DNA of 64,000 nucleotides from Cycas panzhihuaensis (taxonomy: Eukaryota > Plantae > Cycadophyta). The stretch is from positions 124,875,741 to 124,939,740 of the forward strand of contig CM041465.1 in the NCBI GenBank assembly GCA_023213395.1. The letters run 5' to 3'. The notes beneath the pieces are model-generated. The model was not told the origin of the DNA and ran no database searches. It saw nothing but the letters and a program-made list of their open reading frames with translations. Of this stretch, positions 42,501-54,659 are shown piece after piece (within the stretch, counting starts at the first letter, position 1; each line of letters begins with the position of its first letter). Both the position numbers and the translations under genes were made by a program.

Positions 42501-43990
42501 AAAACTTTAACAAACTAGGGGAATGGTAGGTATGTATGACATTATGGGTAGAATAACAAGTGGAGAAGTCCTAACATAATCAAGACATCAAAAATAAGAA
42601 GTGGAAGTACTAATATTGAGTTTAGATAAATAAGAAATTAGGCTTCTAGATGTATAATCCATTATGATTATGGATTTAGGTTTCGATTGAGAGGAAAAGT
42701 ATCAAATAATAGAAAATAAATAAGTAATTACAAATGTTATTGGAAGTGATTAAAATACATAAACAAACTACAAAGGGGAAGAAATGGATTTGTAGAAGTA
42801 TGGGAGATAATTGCCTCTTCTAGAATGTAGCGATAAAGAAGTGGTAAACCCCTAAGTCATCACGAAAATCTATTGGGATCAATAAGAATCCCAAAATGAT
42901 GACATAACATTTTGGCAAGTGCAAGAAGGAAATAAGTAATAAATAACTAGATACAATTTGAGTCCTTGATATGATTGTTATTTGAGTCCCTAATATGATC
43001 TCTAGAAAAATATTAGACTAAAAAATATACCCTTAATTTTTAACTTAAATTAATATATGCTTAAGTGAAGAATTAATTTACTGCCTAGCTGATAGCTTTA
43101 TAAATAAAAAATCAAATCAAATCCACTCATTGAAATACAATATGTGTGTCACCTAAATTAACTCATGAAGTATGCCTAAAGATTCTAAAAATCAAGGGTT
43201 GATTTCAAAACTCAAATGGCTACTTCTTAGCTAGTGAGGGCTCAATCCACTATAGGGGAAATACTAATAGTAGACCATCATGTTAATATTTTCTTATAGT
43301 AAGGTAAGAATGGATAATTTAAAATTTTTAAGATAACAACCCACTATGTTGATTAAGTATTATCATATGGTCTCTCTCAGTATTACAATCTTAACCCTAC
43401 TAGCATAAGCTCTCCAACCTTAGTGATGAACATTAAGGTAAACCATAAGGCTTGCAGCAACCTAGAATAGCCTAAATGGTGGCAAGATAAAAACCCTTAT
43501 AGTCTCTCTAAATAAAATTATTCAATTAGCCATGGAATTTTAACACAATCTTAAAGAACAAGTATAAAGATGATCTACTTACTATTTGGTACCATTGCAA
43601 CTACTTAAATCACTTAAAAACATAGTTTTTTATAAATAGGTTCTAACAGATATAATGCACTAATGTGTCTATACCCTTACCAAGGAATTAGTCATTATTG
43701 GTTGAGGGTGGAGCTTATTAAGGGCCCTATTTGTGTAAAGTATCTTAGTCTAGAAATATCTTAATAAGTGTAGTAGTTAAGATTTGACCTCAAGACCTAC
43801 GACCTACCATAAGTACTAGAGGGCAATAATAATCCAAAGAAAAATTATTATTTCTCTTCTAATTATATTATATTTTTCCATGCAAGAAACTCTCACTTTC
43901 AAAGTACCAATTTAATGACATAATGTTCAAAATCATACGGCAACATAAAAGATTCACCCAAAACCATGATAATAAAATATGTGAAAGTGG

Positions 43991-44048
43991 TCTATCTATC
44001 TATTTATAGATAGATAGATAGATGGATGGATGGATAGATAGATAGATA
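43991..44048. repeat. (TCTA)n/(TAGA)n/(TGGA)n microsatellite, partly palindromic
   Basis: Directly visible in the sequence. Confidence 0.9.
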
Positions 44049-46989
44049 TTTTTCTAACCCTCTAATGTTTAGTCTTTGCATTTCATTTAAAGATATACTT
44101 ACACACATGAAATGACGGTTGGGTTAGTTTGTCATTAAATAAATGCCCAATTGACAACTTACCTCCTAACCAAAAAAAGAAAAAGAAAAAATCATTGATA
44201 AAATAACATGTTAAGGGTTTAATAGATAAAAGAGAGGATTTAGGAATTAGAAACTATATGAAATATAACATAAAAGGTAGTAAATACCATAGGAAGGGCT
44301 ACTAGCCCATTATAATAAATATTACAAGGGTATAAAAACCTAAAAGAAGTACATGCATCAATAGTATTATTAACAATATGTCAAATGATTATCTAAGATT
44401 ACATAGTTGATTACTTATTTATATAAGAAGAGGATAGGGTTTAAATGGAATGAGATATACAAAGAAAGATTTTCATAAAAATAAAGAATTTACTCACTTT
44501 GCACCAATTCTCACCCTACCAAACCCACATATAAGTTATATAATATGTATAGATGCAAGTAGGAAAGGGATAGGTGACATACTTATGAAAAATGGAAGGG
44601 TAACCTCTTATGAATCATGAAAGCTAAAGGTTTATGAACAAAATTATTTTGTACATGATTTAGAACTCACTTCAGTAATACATGTCTTGGAGATATAAAG
44701 ACACTATTTATCAAGAAGAAATTTGAGCTAAGAATAGATCACAACAATTTGAAATATCATTTTATATAGCCTCAACTAAATGGAAGACAAAAGAGGTAGA
44801 TGAAATCATTAAGTTAATATGGCTTTAACATAAGATAAATCAAAGGAAAAGAGAATGAATTTGCATATAAGCTCTACCAAAGAAGATACATTGATTGTAC
44901 AAGATTCATTTAACTATGCTTTAAAATAATGTATAATATTTCAACTTATGTTAATGGAATTTGATGAGATTCTAGCATGACTCATGTTGATATCAATGGA
45001 TTAAATCCTAAATTGACCTATGTCGATGATGATCAACCAAACCTAGAGGTGATCCATATCACCTCCCTTAGCATAACTCGACTAGACCTAAAGACACTCA
45101 TTAAGGATTGATTAATGAATGAATAGCGCCATTAACAAGTAAGAAATTTTCTTAAAGAGTAACAAGGCAATAAATAGGTAAATAGTAAATTGGTGTACAA
45201 TTATGAAGGATATTAGATATCAAAGGATAGACTATTGTTCTATCAACAACATCTTTATGTGCTAAAAGAGGAGTCAATAAGGAAAACATTTATAGTAGAA
45301 GCCCATGATACCCTTGTTGGATAATGTTAGATGTAATGTTTTAATACGTTGATGTATTCCCTTGTTAATATGTATTAAAGGGTCATAGTGTATACACTTT
45401 TTCATGTATTTGGCCATTGGTTAAACAAGTGGCTCTTGGTTTATGATTGAATAAGCATAAGTTAGCATGTATATAGAAATATATATTATGTTTCCTAATA
45501 TAATTAGAGGTGATAATTTCCTATAATTATATTGAACTGTGTATTGTACATATTTACTAAATTTTTACACATATATGGCTTTATAATTTTTATATAATTA
45601 ATGTTGTATGTTTATAATATCAAATTATGATTATATAATTTTTAATATTATATTAGAGTTATTATCTAATATAAGGGTACATACAAGACTATAAGTGTAT
45701 CCATATATCTGTGTTATTCAAAACTTCTTTATATATACCTATTTGGGGCCAATGAGGGGGATTATCTTGCTAGGTAAAGTTTGTTGCAAATTGGTGGGAA
45801 GGCTATCAAGTTGCATTTTTGTAGAGTACTTGGAGCATGTTGATGCATGTTCCTAAAGAGTATGCCAACTGCCTAAGGAGCCTAGAGCATGTTGATACAT
45901 GTATCTGAATAGCATGTTGCTACTTAAGTTATTAAAATCCAATTAGAGTATAAGTGTTATAATTATTTGAATCCCATTAAGGTTTGATTCATGGTTTTAT
46001 TCATTTATTAAGTTATTTTTTATTATATGTTCAATAGCATGTACATATAGGTGTTCATTGTCAATGAATGAAACTTTGGAAGCTAGACTAATCACCTTGT
46101 TAAATCCATTTTTATGGTAGAGAGAACCACTATTTCACCTTCTATTTTATGATAAAAAGTCTAGGTTCAAAGAGGATTTTATAGTAAATATAAACATGCA
46201 TGGAGTACATATTTAGTACAATAATTATATGATGTGAAAGTATTTAAAAAGTATTATTCATTAGAAATGGTATAAGTTAGTGTTATATGATTGAAAGTAT
46301 AGACTAGTGCATATCAAAATGATCATTTTAAAAATTTTCACAATCTCTAAAGTAATTTTACTTCTTTATAGATATCATGAATCACTTTTAGACCAAAAAT
46401 ACATCGTCTGGTTGCCCAAAAATTTAGTTTAAGTTTTTTTTTTTTTTTTCTAGTTTTATAAAAAATTGTAAGTATTCACTTTTCTTAGTTATGAGAATAG
46501 TTTTACTTTATTAGAGTTTATATGGAGCATGTTGTATGTCTAACTGCGCATAGGTCAATTTTTATATGATTTGAAGTACTTTCAAAATTTTATTAAAAAT
46601 AGACTGTTTTAGATTTGGTGGCATTTTTGCTCTAAGTTTACTTAGTAGTTAGGATTTTATATATATATAAAGGCCATGAATTATTATTATTATATATTAT
46701 AAAAATACTTAATTTTTAGTTTTTAGAGTTTTAGAATAAAAAAACTAAAAATTTATAAAAGAAGTATTATTATAGGGAGTTTGGTTATATTTCTTTGATA
46801 TATATTATTCTACTCACATGTTTGTGTTACTAAAAAGATTTGGACTCCATCATTTAGTATTAAAGAATGGTTTAGTTTTGGTAGGAGAGGAAAAGAGGTT
46901 TATAAAAAATTATTGGTAAGTTTGACATTTCTTTTAAAATCTATTTAAGTATATTAGAAGTAGGTTGAAAGTGTTTATAGAAAAAGAAT

Positions 46990-48610
46990 AAATAGCTTGA
47001 GAGGGAAGATTGCTAGAGGAGGGAATGCACAACTAAATAAGAGGATGCAAAAACTTCAAAGAAGGATTGAAAAACTTGTAGAGGTGGTGTTGAGATAACA
47101 AAAGATCCTTCTAAAGAATGAACAAGGTAGAAGGAGATATGATGGTGATATAGAAATAAAAATAGAAGCTATAGTAGAACATGAAGAAGAATGACCACAA
47201 GAACCCCCATCCTATGAGGAGAGAATATTAGAAGCTATAAAAGACAAGAATAGTAGAATAAAGCTTGATGTCTTAGAGTATAGTGGTAGTTTGAAGCTTG
47301 AAAACCTAATTGATTAGTTGAATAACATGGAGAAATTTTTTGAATGAAAGGACATGACAGAAGAGAAGAAGGTGAAACTTGCATATACTAAGATAAAAGG
47401 TCATGCAATGATATTGTAGGATCACTTGTAGAAAGAGAGGGTTAGAAATAAAAAAGATAAAAGTCAAACTTAGAGTAAGATAATAAAGAATCTTAAAGAG
47501 AAATTCCTCCTAGTGGGCTACTCACAAACTTTATTTAAAAAAAAAAGAATTTAAGGCAAAGTATGATGAGTATATAAACTTATACTGATAAATTTTATAA
47601 ATTATCAATTAGGGTGGAGCATGAAGAAATAGAAGAGTAGATAACTATTACATATATAAATTACTTAAAATTTGCTATACATGATGAATTTAGCATGCTT
47701 AGAATTAATAATATGGAAGATATTTACTAATTTACTTTAAAAGCTAAGGAGAAATGGGGTAAAAACCTTGCTCAAAAATTATATATAATGAAGAAGGAAC
47801 CATTAACCCTATTTAAAGGCTAGAGTGGATTCAACTACTCCTGTGAGGAATACTCCAATCAGATGGAGTAGTAGATTTTAACTCAAGGAAAATAAGATCA
47901 TAGAGGTTTTTAGAACCAACTAAGAGGTTAATATTTCTAATAACCCAAGAGAGGAAAAAACTTTGATAGAGTGGGTAATACACCTAGGAGGCCTATTGTT
48001 TAAGGCCCGTGAATATCCTTATTATTTTGACTAATCAAGAAACCAAAGGAAACAACCGAGAGTATACTTGGTTCAAGCTAAGAAATAAGAACAACCTACA
48101 AAAGTTATAGTAAACATTGGGAAGAACCTGATGATAAAGAAAAACTTTAATTATTGTAAAACAAAGCCAGGTGCAAGACAAATAGAAATCAAAGAATAAT
48201 AATGAATCATAGTTATGTAATAATATCTTTTAAATAAGATGCACTTCAAAAAGTGAGATTTTTAAAGTTATTATTAATAATGGAAGTTGTGAAAATATGG
48301 TATCCATTAAAATAAAAAAAACTAGGATTACAACATGAAAAGTATCCTACACCTTATAAATTTCTTAGGTAAAGAAAGGGAGTGAGGTGGTAGTTAAAAA
48401 GAGATGTTTAATAAAATTTACTATTGGGCAAACATACTATAATAAAGTATGGTGTGATGTCCCCCCAATATATTCATGCCATGTACTAATAGGGAGGTCA
48501 TAACAGTATAATAAGAATGCATGTCATAATAGGAAAAAGACTACTTACATCTTCTAAAAGGATGGTGTAAAGGTTATATTACTACTTGTAAAGAAGAAGT
48601 ATAAGCAAAG
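46990..48610 (+). pseudogene. gag: G gag and protease remnant
   Basis: Motifs include EYSGSLKLENLID*L..MEKFF, EKKVKLA, KVIINNGSCENMVS and VWCDVPPI..CHVLIGRS. Confidence 0.88.
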
Positions 48611-48960
48611 TAAAATATAACCCTACTTTTCCTAAGCACTAGTAAGCGGAGGTCACCAACAGGTTAAGGGTTAATGTAGTTATTAAGATTTGTGGATGGA
48701 CTACTACGTTGTCCAATAAGATATAAGGCCGCTGGGGCCACCAATAAAATCATAACTAAGAAGACCTTCACATGTATATTTAAAAGGTTGAATATAACTT
48801 GTAATGGTTATTAAATATTATTATCTTTGAAGAGAAAGTACTTCAGTACTCCCTTAAATGATCAATTTATTTGTTATTTGCTTGCGAACTTGTGATATTT
48901 TACCTTTTACTTCTATTGGTCTACATCTACAAGGTTGATTTTTTTAGAGGAAACATTCCA
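48611..48960 (+). repeat. H left LTR (plus orientation) followed by agTGGT
   Basis: TA(=TG)...TTCCA termini; inverted copy of 51770-52119. Confidence 0.93.
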
Positions 48961-48966
48961 AGTGGT

Positions 48967-50306
48967 TGAATCCCTAAGATAACATTAGACCCAGGCATAG
49001 AAATCTGATACCAAATGGTAGGAGCTAATTTAGACTTAAAGGATTTTAATAATACCTACACAATGGAACTTTTGGTACCCTAGTAAAGAATATGTGAAGT
49101 CAGTTTTTGGTATGATATAAAGGTTAAGTTGTTAAGCTATAAAGATATTAAGGAAGCTAAGTGACATGCCACCATCAATCAAGATAGACATTAGAGTCTT
49201 GCGAAGGATGTCTCTAACTTGTAGGGGTTTGGGATAGGAGGAGATGATGATAGTGGATAGGGATATTTCAGGTGGGGTTTTAAGGTAGGGTCATCATGGG
49301 TTTTATCATTAGAATCATGTTCAATGTTAGAGTCAAAGGAATTATTTGGGGATAAAGATGGTTCAATGGAAAAAACCCTGCATTGCACCTTGCAAAAATA
49401 ACCATGCTAAGAATTCTACTTTTCTATACATTGCTTACAAAGGCCAACCCTTAGTCGGCATTATGCTTTAGCTTGGGAAATTTGGATTCTTTTTGTGGAT
49501 GAGTCATCTTTCTATCGGTCGCTAGCTAGGCGAGTGGAATCATCCTATTATGATTAAGGACGTATAAAGTCAGCTTGAGGATGAGTAGCATCATTAAATC
49601 AGGGTTGTGATTACTAGAAGTCTGAATGTTGAGTGTGTGAGAATCAAGGGTTATCCCGATAAGCAGTTGAGGGTCTATCTACGATAAATCCAGCCTCTAT
49701 TGCTCGAGCCCACTTGAATACTTCCTTGATGGAGTAGATTACCTTTGTCTTTAATCTAATTTGAATACGATCTTGGAGTCTCACCATATAAATATCAATC
49801 ATTATTTGTTAATCCAAGTTTTGGCTTTGTAGTGAGTAATTGTATAAAGCTTGAAATTTGTTAGCATAAGCCTCCACTACTATAGTTTGTTTAAGTTGAG
49901 TAAGTTATGTAAAGAAAAATTGACTCCATGTATCCTCGTATTGTTCAAAGAAACAATTGGTAAAGTGAGACCATGTTAAGTGAGAGGGATATTCTTGCTT
50001 CAACTAGTTGAACTAATGGTGGGCTCATCCATCTAAGTAGTTAGAGGCATATAACCATTGGTCCTTCTTTGACATTGGGTGGGGTGTGAAGTAGGATTCT
50101 AACTTGTTAATCCAATTTTGAGTACATTGTCTATTCACATCCATATCAAAGGTGGGAATATTGCCTTAGTGGAGAACCTCTTGTAGGTGCATGGCTTCCT
50201 TGAAAAGGGAAAGATTGGTTACTTGTCATATTAAAAGTTCCTGTGCTTTAGAGTTAAGGTTATAACAATTATTGGAGTTGAGTAAGAATCTCTTGTTTGG
50301 TGCCAT
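48967..50306 (-). pseudogene. gag: H gag plus aspartic protease, truncated at VILGIQ
   Basis: ATG at 50306. Motifs include IPTFD...NWINKLESYF, LTWSHF, LTQLKQT..VEAY..F, ILIDGG.SLSFL, LVSDFY and VILGIQ. Confidence 0.85.
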
Positions 50307-51769
50307 CAAGATCAGATTTGGTACGTATACCATCGAATCTACTACTAACCTCTTATTTGAAGTTAGATAAGTCATTGGTTAAATCAAAAATTTTCTCTCC
50401 TTGAGATTTTACCATTAGTATTGTAGAAGGATATTAGATAAGCGAAAATAAGTAGAAAAAGGGAAATGGACAAAGTAGGACAGATAAAAAAAGAATAAGA
50501 TATAAGAATAAGGGAGTTGTTATAGGGGACAAAAAGGGTAAATAGGGAAAGTGTGGGGTGTCTATAGTCTATTGACCCAGAAATTTACGTAAACAAGATA
50601 TTTGGCCCATTAAAAAGAGCACAAAAAGCCTATCTAAATGGATTATATGAAATTTCAAGTGAGTCTGAGGTGGTAGAGCCTACCGGTGATCCAGATATTA
50701 AAAAGCGTAAAAATTATTTGCATGAACTAACCTAATGCAAAATGACTAACATAATATACTAATCAAAATAAGGTATATGAGTTATAAGGATAATTTTTAA
50801 CTATGAACTTACACTATGAAGAGTGATGAAGTGGAGGTTTTTTCTTTTTCTTCTTTCTTTCTTCTTCTTTTTCTTTTTTTCTTTTTCTTCTTTTTTTTTA
50901 TGAGTCTGATTATATTGATAGTTTTTGAATTTAGGAAGTAAATAAAAATTAGTCTTTTTTTTTTTTAATATGTAGTAGATTACAATCTTAATTAAGAAAT
51001 ATAACACGTAAAGCAAGGTGTAAATGATCAAAGGTATCCTACGAATTACTAGATAATGTGTGCTTGATCTTATAAGCCTACCAATAAACTTTTGATATAG
51101 AAATTTAGGGCAAGTAGCTTTGTGGCACTAACTGCTAACCACCGCACTACAAGACTTTAGTAGCCAATAGTTTACCTATTCTAAGAAGGATTTGGGGCCT
51201 AAAAAGGTCCTCTTATATACTTAAAGATATGTGGAGTTAACGCTTTCGTAGCCAGGTTCTATCTAGGGCTTAGTTTAGAAGTGTTACCTCTAGCCCTTCA
51301 CGTAAAGGGCAAATAAGCCATAATGTGTTTATCCAAAATAACATATCCTTATTTTTTTAAAGACCCCTGATATAGGGTCTCTACCTAACTACTTGGGTAG
51401 CTACCAATCGGTGTTATCTACCTAGGAAAGAGAGGTAGGAGGAAGAAAAGGTAGATACTCAGTGGTGTTATCTACCGTTGGACTAATAATCTAATGCAAA
51501 AATTGAAATAAAGGAATGAAACCAAAAGAAGAATATAAATCAGAAAAAAAAATAGAGTAATGGCATTACCTAGGGGAAGAAATTCCCCTTCCCTTGCAAC
51601 TCCTAAGTGGTTTTAGTACTGTTCCTTAATCTCCATAAAGAGAGTACTAAGTAAAGGTCTTTCCTTGATTTCTACTTGGGTAAAGAGGGTACTCAATCTA
51701 ATAGAGAAAAAAAATAAATCAACCTATTAAGCAACTTGCCATAATTGCGATGGTGGCTTTGATACTACT

Positions 51770-52119
51770 TAGAGTGTTTCCTCTTAGAAAATCTACCTTG
51801 TAGATGCAGACTAATAGAAGTAAAAGCTAAAATAACACAAGTTCACAAATAGATCATAAATAAATTGATCACTAAAAGGAGTAGTGAAGTACTTTTTCTT
51901 CAAAAATAATACTACTCAATAACTATTACAAGTGATATTTGATCCTTTAAATACACATGTGAGGGTCTTCTTCCTTGTGATTCTATTGGTGTCCCTAGTA
52001 GCCTTACATCTTATTAGATAACTTAGTGGTCCATATATAAATCTTATTAACTACATTAATCCTTAACCTATTGGTGGCTCTCGCTTGTTAGTGTTTAGGA
52101 AAAATAGGATTATATTATA
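51770..52119 (-). repeat. H right LTR (true 5' LTR, minus orientation)
   Basis: Followed on the minus strand by ag and TAGTATCAAAGC (iMet PBS). Confidence 0.93.
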
Positions 52120-52337
52120 CAAAGACTATGTTAACCACTAAGGAATTCTTAAAGAAAGTAAGAGAGGTAGAGACTTGTTATGCCTTGGTGATAAATCAAG
52201 TTAAAAACATTGAGGAGATAGAATTAATACCACAGGAAGTGAACTGTTAGGTAATATAACAATAATGGTTGGAGGCTAATATTTTGATATGTTGGCAGTG
52301 CAGCTTCCCCCCCAAACCTTCTTTGGGGGGTTCCAAG

Positions 52338-54285
52338 TAAAAGGTGATAGAGCCACATATTTTAGCACTATCAAATTTCAAAAAGGTATTTGAAATTAGC
52401 TGTGATGCTTTTGATATAATTATTGGGGTCATGTTGAGTTAAGAAAGAAGACCAATAACCTTTTATAGTAAAAAGTTAAATGAGGTGAGAAAGGAATATT
52501 CTACCTATGATATAAAATCTTATATAATTATGTAGGCTCTAAGGTATTGGTGGAACTATCTTCTACCTAAGGAGTTTATTTTGTTTATAGACCATAAGGC
52601 ATTAAGGTATATAAACATAAAAACAAAAAGCCAAATGCTAGACATATGAAATGGGTATCATATTTATAAGGATTTACTTTTATCCTAAAGTATAAAATAA
52701 GAAAATAAAATCAAGTTGTTGATTCCTTAAGTAGAAGGTAGCATTAATAACCACTATAGTAAGTGAAGTGGTTGGGTTTCATGCATTAAAATATATATAT
52801 ATATGGTACTAGTCTTAATTTTATCAAAGTTATGGAATGTTGTAGGAACCCTTTAGATAATAGGAGTGGACTTAAGTATGATGCTTATTTTATATAGGAT
52901 GGGTATTTCTTTAAAGGTAAGACACTATGCATTCTAGTTGGGTCCATAAGGGACAACATCATAAGAGAAATGCATGGTGGAGGACTTGGAAGGTACTTTG
53001 GCCAAAATAAAACCATAGCCATGGTAGAGAAAAAAATATTTTTGACCAAAGATGAAATAAGACATTACTAAATATATGGCCAGGTATAGGATCTGTTAGG
53101 TAGCTAAAAAGCATATACAAAACCACTAGACTATACATGCCATTACTAGTTTTAAAGGGGCCATAGATAGACTCGAGTATAGGTTTCAAGTTAGAATTAC
53201 ATAACACCCAATAAGGTAATGATTCTATCTTTGTTGTTGTTGACAAGTTTTCAAAAATGGATCAACTTATTGCTTATAGTAAGACTGACAATGCAACTAG
53301 AATAATAAAATTACTTTTTAAGGAAGTCGTTAGGTTGTATGGGATATTGAAGTCCATCACTTCATATAGAGATACTAAATTTTTTAGTCACTTTTTAAAA
53401 ACCTTATGGAAAAAGTTGGGAATAAAGTTATAATTTAATAATACATACCACCCATAAACTTATGGGCAAATAAAAGTAGTGAATAGGAGTTTAGAAAACT
53501 TGTTAAGGTGTATTATTAGAGATAATCCTAAGTAGTAAGATTTGATACTAACACAGGTTAAATTTACCTATAATAATTTTGTGAATAGACCTATTTGTAA
53601 GCCACTATTCTAGATTATATATAGTAGGAATACAAAGGGAGTATTGGATTTAGCCCAATTGCCCATTAAAGATAATATCAACGATGATGTAGAAGCCTTT
53701 GTTAAACACATGCAATAGGTGTATGAAGAGGTGAAGAGAAAGTTGCAAGATGGTAATGATAAATATAAGGCCACAATAGATCTTAGTAAGAGAAATAAGA
53801 TATTTATAAAGAAAGATTTGGGGATGGTGAACTCGAGGAAGGACAAATTTCCGCAAGGAACATACAACAAATTAAAATATAAAAAATAGGTCCTTACATG
53901 ATTATGAGAAAAATTAATAATAATGCTTATGAGGTGAATCTACCCCATGAACTTAACATTTTACTTATTTTTAATATTTCTAGTATCTATTCTTTTCATA
54001 AAAGAGAATATGAGGTAGAATATGAAATAAAGGGGGTGAAATGGAGACAACAAATACCTAAAAAGAAGAGGGAAGAAATTAAGTAAGTATTAGACAAGAA
54101 AGTAATCTATACAAGACAAGGTAGATATGATAGATATCTAGTTTGATAGAATGGATTACAATAGGAGAATAATACTTGGATATCTAAAAGTGAACTAAAG
54201 AAACTCAACATGGATAAGTGGAAAGAGTTCCAGCATAACAACTCGTAGGAGTCGAGTTCTTTTCAAGTAGGGGAGGATGATACCA
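52338..54285 (+). pseudogene. pol: G RNase H, integrase and chromodomain-like C-terminus remnant
   Basis: Motifs include [43 protein letters not shown]-like [22 protein letters not shown] and RYLV..NG...NTWI. Confidence 0.9.
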
Positions 54286-54527
54286 AAGTATCTAGAAAAT
54301 ATTATTTACTACAAATGGCATAAGTTAGCGCCATGTGATTGAAAGTATGGACTATTACAAATCAAAATGACTATCTCAAAATATTGCATAAGCTCTAAAG
54401 GAGTTCCACTGCTTTATAAATATTATAAATTGATTTTGGGCCCAAAATACATCGTTTAGTTATCCAAAAATTTAGTTTACATTTTTTTAAATATTTTATA
54501 AAAAATTGTAAGTATTACTTTTCTTAG

Positions 54528-54659
54528 TTAACTAACCATGGGTTCATTTTTATGTGATTTAAGGCACTTTAAAAATTTACTAAAATAGAAAATTTAACTA
54601 ACCATGGGTTCATTTTTATGTGATTTAAAGCACTTTAAAAATTTACTAAAATAGAAAAT
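54528..54659 (+). repeat. 66-bp tandem duplication in the G 3' LTR
   Basis: Two copies with one mismatch; single-copy in the 5' LTR. Confidence 0.93.

Larger units (their letters stand above)
33600..43800 (-). mobile_element. Second degenerate Tat/Ogre-like Gypsy (element E), interrupted by D
   Basis: Gag ~41900-42500, PR ~40450-40750, RT split by D at VMS|F, RH ~35190-35620, INT ~33950-35060. A PPT-like GTGGGTAGGCCA precedes TG at 33817, and a PBS-like site lies at ~42849-42864. Outer limits are approximate. Confidence 0.78.
48611..52119 (-). mobile_element. Element H: Gypsy gag-PR fragment bounded by two inverted 350-bp LTRs, TSD CAAAG
   Basis: 48611-48960 is the reverse complement of 51770-52119 (colinear; 18 mismatches counted in the outer 100 bp). 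CAAAG occurs at 48606-48610 and 52120-52124. PBS at 51756-51767 on the minus strand. Confidence 0.93.

Noticed and set aside
49004-49013. Apparent second iMet PBS (minus-strand TGGTATCAGA) inside H, suggesting two-primer replication
   Set aside because: It lies in frame in the protease (YHLVSDFY), so it is most simply coincidental coding sequence.
51230-51300. Hammerhead or twister ribozyme (GAAA, TAACACT and AAGCCC motifs on the minus strand)
   Set aside because: There is no CTGANGA core or stem I, and I could not build the twister pseudoknot pairings.
48611-52119. H as a DIRS element or a DNA transposon with long TIRs
   Set aside because: There is no tyrosine recombinase, RT or transposase. 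The repeats are LTRs followed by a PBS, with a 5-bp TSD.
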